DNA of 64,000 bases from Candidatus Heimdallarchaeota archaeon (GTDB lineage: Archaea; Asgardarchaeota; Heimdallarchaeia; Heimdallarchaeales; Heimdallarchaeaceae): assembly GCA_016840095.1 (NCBI GenBank), contig JAEOSZ010000111.1, positions 32,001 to 96,000 of the forward strand, read 5' to 3'. The position numbers and the translations under genes are program-made. Numbering within the stretch: the stretch's first letter is position 1; each line of letters opens with the position of its first letter. Of the stretch, positions 58,046 to 64,000 are shown in pieces. The notes under the pieces are model-generated. The model ran no database searches, was not told the origin of the DNA, and saw nothing but the letters and a program-made list of their open reading frames with translations.

Positions 58046-58835
58046 CAGCTATTCTTCCAGTATAATCTGATACTAAATATTGCATAAATTCTGGGTTTTG
58101 CATTAGTGGTCTAGCAACAGAAGCTGCTTTTGCTCCTGCTTTTAGCATTGTATGAATGTCATTTATTGTTCGAACTGAGTTATTTCCTATTATTGGGATA
58201 TCCGTTAATTCTACAAATTTTCTAATTATTTTAATGTTAGCTCTTTTTTGACCTGGTAACATAGCATCAACATGAATGTAGGAAATAGAATAATCTTCCA
58301 AAATCTTTGTTAGACCAGAATAATCACCAATAATATGTCCTCGAATTTTTATTCCTAGGGGAAAAGAGGGTAATAGTTTTCTTATCGAATCAAGCAGAGT
58401 TTCAAGTTTTTCAGGTTTTAAAAGTAAATTATGCCCACCATTAATTTTTAGAATCTCTTCTTGTCTACAATGAGCATTAATTTCTACAATATCAACAAAC
58501 TTTGTGACTTCATTTAGCCATACTTCAGAAAAATAATCTGCATTTATGAGTCGCACATTGAAACTAACTAGTTGATGATTAGTCTGTTTCTCTAAATTTA
58601 GGTTTTCTAAACACCATGATTTAACTTGATCAACTTTGAATTGGAGGAGGAATTCATCTCTACCTCTTTCTATCATTCTTGTTGTGGTTAGATGTGATTC
58701 ACGGTCTATTGAAAATCCTCCTAGTGTTACCATTCCTGCTCCATAATTTAGAATCTTTTGGCAAAAAGCTCCATCTGAAATTCCTGCTATAGCTGATTGA
58801 ACAATTGGTGGTATAAATCTAGGATTTGCACTCAA
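58002..58835 (-). CDS. Dus-like TIM-barrel protein (MJ0144-like)
   Basis: AIAGISD, EINAHCRQ.E, KIR, IHVDAM, IIGNNS, SVAR. Confidence 0.82.
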   Translation of the reverse strand: MSANPRFIPPIVQSAIAGISDGAFCQKILNYGAGMVTLGGFSIDRESHLTTTRMIERGRDEFLLQFKVDQVKSWCLENLNLEKQTNHQLVSFNVRLINADYFSEVWLNEVTKFVDIVEINAHCRQEEILKINGGHNLLLKPEKLETLLDSIRKLLPSFPLGIKIRGHIIGDYSGLTKILEDYSISYIHVDAMLPGQKRANIKIIRKFVELTDIPIIGNNSVRTINDIHTMLKAGAKAASVARPLMQNPEFMQYLVSDYTGRIADESNNNTIQRNNKR

Positions 58836-58841
58836 GATAGT

Positions 58842-59768
58842 TTACCCCCTATTTAGGATAAATGATGCTAGATTTTTTGATATACCTTTTTCATTGAATA
58901 AGATATTCTGTGTTATTACTTCTAAGTTTGTTTCATTTTCTATATCTTTCCTGAAATTTCCGTCCGATTCATGAATAATTATTGTGGAACAAACATCTTT
59001 GTAGAGCCTAGCAATACCTAAAGGAGATACCTCAAGTCCTTTTGCTTTCATCAGATTTTCTGTTGGTCCGCTTATTGGCTTATCCCCTATAATTGGACTG
59101 ATAGCTATACATTTACTCTTATTCTTTTCGAGTGTTTCTCTTATTGCGGATACATCTAATATTGGTCCTATGCTGGTTATGGGATTACTTGGGCCTATAA
59201 TTATTGTATCAGAGTTAACCAATTCTTCTTGTGCAGAACGAGAAAAAATAGCATTTTCCACATTTCTTACATAGATATTCTTTATTTCTGTTTCTCCTTT
59301 ATGTTTAACCCAAAATTCCTGGAAGTGAATATCTTCATCGTTGTTTGTAACTATACGCGTTTCAATGTGGTTTTCTGAACTTGGATAGATTTTACTTCTT
59401 ATTCCTAACTTGTTTATTAAAGAATTAATTATTGAAGACTGGTTCTTTCCGTTCTGCATTTCAAATGTTCTGAAAATATGCAAACCTAAATCTTTGTCTC
59501 CTAATCTGAACCATGTATCTATTCCATATCTGTTTAGAGCATTTAATGTATTGAAGGATTCATCCTTTACGCCCCAATATTTTTCAACATCTAGTAATTC
59601 ACTGAAAAGATAGAGTATTGTGTCGATATCTGGTGAAACATATAATCCATAGATCCAGATATTATCAGCTGAATTTGCAATAATAGCTAGTTTATCATCA
59701 TTAATAATTTCTCTGAATCCTTGTATTAGTTTAGGGGTTCCTGTTCCTCCAGATAGGAAAGTAATCAT
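58842..59768 (-). CDS. cofD: 2-phospho-L-lactate transferase (F420 synthesis)
   Basis: LSGGTGTPKL, VSPDIDT, LGDKD, HFQEFWV, IGPSNPITSIGPIL. Confidence 0.95.
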   Translation of the reverse strand: MITFLSGGTGTPKLIQGFREIINDDKLAIIANSADNIWIYGLYVSPDIDTILYLFSELLDVEKYWGVKDESFNTLNALNRYGIDTWFRLGDKDLGLHIFRTFEMQNGKNQSSIINSLINKLGIRSKIYPSSENHIETRIVTNNDEDIHFQEFWVKHKGETEIKNIYVRNVENAIFSRSAQEELVNSDTIIIGPSNPITSIGPILDVSAIRETLEKNKSKCIAISPIIGDKPISGPTENLMKAKGLEVSPLGIARLYKDVCSTIIIHESDGNFRKDIENETNLEVITQNILFNEKGISKNLASFILNRG

Positions 59769-59796
59769 TTTGAACCCTCAAATCTTGAAAAATACC

Positions 59797-60747
59797 TTAT
59801 TTTTTAGCTGTCTTCTTTGCAGTTGTTGTCTTCTTTGCAGTTGTTGTCTTCTTTGCAGTTGTTGTCTTCTTTGCAGTTGTTGTCTTCTTTGCAGTTGTTG
59901 TCTTCTTTGCTGCTGTAGTTTTTGGTTTAGCTGTAGTTTTTGTTGCTGTTGTCTTCTTTGCAGTTGTTGTCTTCTTTGCTGCTGCTGTCTTTGGTTTAGC
60001 TGTAGTTTTTGTTGCTGTTTTAGCTTTAGTCTCTGGTTTTGTCTCCTCTTTTTGTTTTTCTGGAGTTTCCTTAGGTTTTACTGGTGCAGTTTTCTTTGGT
60101 AGTTTTTTCTTGGGAGTTCCTGTTTCCACCAATCGTAATCTAGAAGTTGATTTTATTACAACTCTATAGTAGGAACCATTTTCTCCCATATCTGGGTTTC
60201 GAACGATTTTGATAACATCACCAGGTTTTGCTTGTATTGCTTTTACTGCAGCATCAGTTTCTAGTATCTTTGGTATTTGATGTTTCTGAATCTGATATCT
60301 TTCCAAGAATCCTTTTATGTCTCTAGTTCTGAGCTTAACATGCTGACGAACTAGTTGATGCTCAAAGATATTAAACAATGGATTAGTGCTACTAATAATT
60401 TCAATTCCTAATTTTACAGATTCCTTTTTTGCATAATGTGTTAATGGGGATTCTGCAATTAGTAAGGCTTCATCTAGTTCCTCTTCTTCTTGTAATTTAC
60501 CTAGAAGTCTGATTAATTTCACACCAATTTGAGGATTTTTTGGGAATCGTGCAATAGCTGTTACTGTTTCTTTTTCCTCACTAAGCTTCTTAGCATATAC
60601 ATCTAGAAAATCATCGTCTTCTTTTGTATCACTAATCTTAAATCCTCTAAACTCAAGAATTTCCTTAACTCCATCCACAATCCTCTTTTCCTTGGCTTTT
60701 TGTTCCTTAGAAGACAAGTAAGTTACCTCGGCATCCTTAATAATCAA
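59797..60747 (-). CDS. rpo5: RNA polymerase subunit Rpo5/H with Rpb5-like N-terminal domain and basic repeat tail
   Basis: Core HQLV.QH..L...L..Y.I...QIPKI...D......PGDVIKIVR...YYRVV; about 120-aa N-domain; TAKKTT repeats. Confidence 0.88.
   Translation of the reverse strand: MIIKDAEVTYLSSKEQKAKEKRIVDGVKEILEFRGFKISDTKEDDDFLDVYAKKLSEEKETVTAIARFPKNPQIGVKLIRLLGKLQEEEELDEALLIAESPLTHYAKKESVKLGIEIISSTNPLFNIFEHQLVRQHVKLRTRDIKGFLERYQIQKHQIPKILETDAAVKAIQAKPGDVIKIVRNPDMGENGSYYRVVIKSTSRLRLVETGTPKKKLPKKTAPVKPKETPEKQKEETKPETKAKTATKTTAKPKTAAAKKTTTAKKTTATKTTAKPKTTAAKKTTTAKKTTTAKKTTTAKKTTTAKKTTTAKKTAKK
59809..59910. repeat. 18-bp tandem repeat (5 perfect copies plus partial) encoding TTAKKT
   Basis: tgtcttctttgcagttgt at 59809, 59827, 59845, 59863, 59881; related copies continue to about 60020. 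Confidence 0.92.
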
Positions 60748-60794
60748 ATTAATTAAAATCTTTTGACAAGTGAGAGGTTTTAATTAAGTCTATT

Positions 60795-61157
60795 TCATTC
60801 TTCTTCTGTTTGAAATTTGATGTAATAAGAACCATCTTTATTTCGACTTATAATTGGTTTAGTGTCACCATTTTCTGTAAGTAATTTTTCTATATCTACT
60901 TCAAAAATTCCTTCACTTGTAAGTCTGATTGCTTCTAGTCCATCTTTTATATCAGTTTGATGAATCTCTTTCTCGACAATAAGATCAAGTTCTTCCTCTT
61001 TCTTCTGGTCAGTAGATCTTTCCTTATAGGTTTTGAATTTAAATGACCCACAATGTGGGCATCCATTAAGTAGAATTTGACTGTTCAATTCAAGTTCTTG
61101 TTCGCATAATGCACAAATTGTGATTTTATTAGATGGATTTGACATATAATCACACAT
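60795..61157 (-). CDS. Zn-ribbon DUF2072-family protein (OapC/ArvC-like)
   Basis: CALC...LLNGCPHCGSFKF, E.IR....G.FEVDIEKL...DGSY.I. Confidence 0.8.
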   Translation of the reverse strand: MCDYMSNPSNKITICALCEQELELNSQILLNGCPHCGSFKFKTYKERSTDQKKEEELDLIVEKEIHQTDIKDGLEAIRLTSEGIFEVDIEKLLTENGDTKPIISRNKDGSYYIKFQTEEE

Positions 61158-61173
61158 TCTTCTTGTTTATCAT

Positions 61174-62034
61174 TTATTCAAGTTTAATACTAGAATTATA
61201 TAGGAAAGGACCTCTATGATCACATTTTGGACATCCTTTTCTTTCTAATTCTTCTATAGTATTGAAACCTCCTTCAGAACCAACAGTAAAGACTTCACCA
61301 CATATCGTTTTACAGCTATAAGTTTGCAACTTACTATTACTCTCTCTATAATACATCGGTCCATAATAGTGATTAGGAATTGTTTCTTTTGAATTTGCTT
61401 TTACTTTGATAATGTACATATCTGATACAGATTTGTTCAGTGGTGTATCATGTTCATATGTATTGAAGTCTGTTTTTTTCTCTTCAATTTCTAAGTTCAT
61501 TTTCTCAATCAATTTTTCTAGAATACACATCCTTTCATCTTGAATATCAAAGGAAAGGAAAATTTTGGAGGATGTATTCTTGTTTGCACATTGAACAGCT
61601 CTTGTTAAACCTATTTCCAATCCTTCCTCAGTCATTGGAGGTTCAAGAAAGATATAGTCGAATTGATCTTTGAGAATAATTATCATTCTGATTCTAATAT
61701 CATGGTTTACATATCTTATAGATCTGATTTTTTGCTTAACTTTCATATTAAAAACGATTTCAGGTATTCGTTTGTCAATGTCTAAAACTGCTAAATCCTT
61801 TGGTTTTGAAAGAACTCCGATAGGTAAAGAAGTCAAGTCCATATCTCCTAGAAAAATTATCCTCTTTCCATTATATTCATCAGGATTTATAACTAGAGCT
61901 CTCTCTAAACTCGAGCTTTTTGTAACAAAATATTGATCAAGCTCCTTATTTGGTGTCCCTCGCAGTTCATTCAATTCAAGAAAAGCTTTGTCAATTTTTT
62001 CAAAAAGCTCATCTTTTCCTGGATTTATACTCAT
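61174..62034 (-). CDS. BpsA/DUF43-like (branched-chain polyamine synthase family) protein with C-terminal Zn ribbon
   Basis: P...LDQ, GKRIIFLGDMDLTSL, VLDIDKR, HDIR, FD.....PP.T.EG. Confidence 0.7.
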   Translation of the reverse strand: MSINPGKDELFEKIDKAFLELNELRGTPNKELDQYFVTKSSSLERALVINPDEYNGKRIIFLGDMDLTSLPIGVLSKPKDLAVLDIDKRIPEIVFNMKVKQKIRSIRYVNHDIRIRMIIILKDQFDYIFLEPPMTEEGLEIGLTRAVQCANKNTSSKIFLSFDIQDERMCILEKLIEKMNLEIEEKKTDFNTYEHDTPLNKSVSDMYIIKVKANSKETIPNHYYGPMYYRESNSKLQTYSCKTICGEVFTVGSEGGFNTIEELERKGCPKCDHRGPFLYNSSIKLE

Positions 62035-62078
62035 TAAGATTGGCTTATTATACTAATTTAAAAAAGGTTCGCTGCATC

Positions 62079-64000
62079 TTAAGAAAGAAAAGTTAGCTGT
62101 TTTAGAACGTTAAATAATTCATCGATTGGAAGCTTCTGTAATTTCTCATTTTCTCTTGTTTTTCTGTCTAATTCTTTAAGCAAAATACTGAACTCGTAGG
62201 CTGATTTAGATAATTGTGCAAATGTTGAATCATATTGAGCAATTGATTGTAAATGATCACTAGCATCCTTTGCTGCCTTAGCACCATCGTTAAAGTGAGA
62301 AGCAGCTTTGTAATTTTCCTTATTTGTATTTGCACCAATTCCGAAAATTGCTTTTTTGGTTGCTTCAAGAAAATCAGTTAGAGCTAGCGATAGAATCTTC
62401 TTAATTTCTATTGCACCCCAATTAATATTTGAATCTTGTAAATTAAACATCTCCTTGTGATTCAACAACTCCAAACAATTTTCTGCAATTCGTTTGTTGA
62501 TTATATCAAATAGTGCAAAATGATTGAAATTATGGTTGATTATGGCAAAATAATTTTCCTTGATAGAATCTTCTCCAGAAAGAGATAATCTATATCCTTT
62601 GGCAATTTTATCGATTACTGTATTCAAAAACAAATATTGTCTTGATAGTTCAAACAACCGCAATTCTACATCTTGTCCTTGAATAAATGTTTGACTATAC
62701 CTGTGCTCTACCCACTCTTTATCAATAATTGATTCACTACTGAGTTGAGATATTTCAAGAGCCTTTGTAGAGTAATAATGAGCTTTTGCATGATATATTA
62801 TATCCAAAACTTCGTTTGATTCTTTTTCTGCAAGATTTTGTTCTAAATACATAGAATTAGCTAAAAACTCCAAACACTCTATGTCTTTTACAATGTAAAC
62901 TTTCTTTTCTGTTTTAGGAAGAAAGTATGCAGAAATTTTTACTGTTCCTATATTCTCTAACAGAGGTTGGATATCATCAAGTTTTATTTTAGTATCTGCT
63001 TTCTCTATTTCTATTAATTGTGTAGAAATATCATTGATTGCATATTCCAGTCTTTCAATAAAACGAACAAGATTCTGTTCTGCTTTTTTCATTGCTTCAG
63101 AGAGAGGAGTATCTTCAAGAAGAGCAATTTTAAGTTCTTGAACAAAATTAAGATAAACAAAGGGGAGACTACTAACATAGTTGATATTTACTTTCAGATC
63201 TGGTCTGTTAACAATTTCTTCAATTTCTTCAACAATACCTTGGATATTTTCCTTTTTGTTATCTGTTATAGTACTGTTCAACAAAGAGGTTTTAGCAGCC
63301 AGTTCTGCAATTCCATGAAAGAAGCTATGTACTGTTTGATCTTTCTTTATACCTTCTTTCAGAGCTAAGGTCCTTTCGGTCATTTCTACATTAGAATCTA
63401 AGATTGTTAGTGCCTCTCCTTCAAGTCCCAAAACTAAGTTCAAGTACTCTACACTTGCAATAAAACTATTACTTTTAGCTGCTTCAAAGCTCAATCTTAA
63501 ATAATGATCTATAAGTTCCTTGTTTCTTTGAGCTTGGTTTAAAGAGATGTGGCTAGTTTCAATTTCTTTTCCTTTTAATTCTGGATCTTCAGGAATTTGC
63601 TTATAATAATCTAGTGCGGTTTCAAGGTGACTTAAGCTTCTCTCAAATGCAAAATGAGTGGCTACTGAATCTTTCCACCACCAATCTTCTCCTAATCGTT
63701 TTAGAAATTGTGCAGTGAATGATACATCAAATTCTGCCATAATTAGTTCATAAGCACCTTTTTCCTCAATTAATTTCTCTTCACTATAACCGTTTGGTGA
63801 TTCTTCTAGTAGATGAATAATCTGTTGTTTTTGATTAAGCAAAAGGAAAGTTAGCATCACTTCTTCAATATTTGAAGCTCTTGGATGAGAGGAGTCAAAA
63901 TAGGTTTGTGAAATAGTGTTGAGTATTCTATATCCTTCGATATATGCAGTACAATATTCAGGTGATGGTTGAGTTCCAAAAATTCCTGTATTTACAATAT
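62079..64000 (-). CDS. Large alpha-helical hypothetical protein (5' end beyond window)
   Basis: Frame stays open from 63860 to the window end; helical, repeat-like composition. Confidence 0.7.
   Translation of the reverse strand, partial: IVNTGIFGTQPSPEYCTAYIEGYRILNTISQTYFDSSHPRASNIEEVMLTFLLLNQKQQIIHLLEESPNGYSEEKLIEEKGAYELIMAEFDVSFTAQFLKRLGEDWWWKDSVATHFAFERSLSHLETALDYYKQIPEDPELKGKEIETSHISLNQAQRNKELIDHYLRLSFEAAKSNSFIASVEYLNLVLGLEGEALTILDSNVEMTERTLALKEGIKKDQTVHSFFHGIAELAAKTSLLNSTITDNKKENIQGIVEEIEEIVNRPDLKVNINYVSSLPFVYLNFVQELKIALLEDTPLSEAMKKAEQNLVRFIERLEYAINDISTQLIEIEKADTKIKLDDIQPLLENIGTVKISAYFLPKTEKKVYIVKDIECLEFLANSMYLEQNLAEKESNEVLDIIYHAKAHYYSTKALEISQLSSESIIDKEWVEHRYSQTFIQGQDVELRLFELSRQYLFLNTVIDKIAKGYRLSLSGEDSIKENYFAIINHNFNHFALFDIINKRIAENCLELLNHKEMFNLQDSNINWGAIEIKKILSLALTDFLEATKKAIFGIGANTNKENYKAASHFNDGAKAAKDASDHLQSIAQYDSTFAQLSKSAYEFSILLKELDRKTRENEKLQKLPIDELFNVLKQLTFLS

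Noticed and set aside
59809-59910. Possible CRISPR array
   Set aside because: Head-to-tail repeats without spacers, in frame within a CDS; no cas genes in the window.
59770-60102. Cys-rich 110-aa plus-strand ORF (CSCCLL repeats) resembling a metallothionein or RiPP precursor
   Set aside because: It is the antisense reading of the 18-bp TAKKTT repeat in rpo5.
1349-63368. Other short ORFs in the track nested in or antisense to longer genes
   Set aside because: They lie within well-supported genes and show no motifs or expression signals.

Overview
AT-rich, gene-dense archaeal chromosome segment, most consistent with an Asgard archaeon (Heimdallarchaeia-like). Support: an intron-containing tRNA-Tyr with C1:G72, an Rpo5 with a eukaryote-like Rpb5 N-terminal domain, paired Ras-like GTPases, longin-like domains and a CTERM-anchored surface protein. 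It holds about 60 CDS covering tungsten AOR plus ferredoxin plus MoaD/SAMP, F420 biosynthesis (cofC/cofD) and an F420-dependent reductase, three adjacent fructose-bisphosphate enzymes, a PlsY homolog, scattered arsenic genes, the oap/arv GTPase genes and large surface proteins. It also has one TnpB-only element bounded by 18-bp inverted repeats. The strongest candidate for an undescribed system is a translationally coupled three-gene operon (7513-11230). It encodes a DUF2207-like membrane protein ending in (Cys-Ala)6-GGGR, a PqqD/RRE-radical SAM-SPASM enzyme and a SAM methyltransferase, i.e. RiPP-type machinery apparently aimed at the tail of a large membrane protein. All calls come from manual motif reading; no database searches were run.
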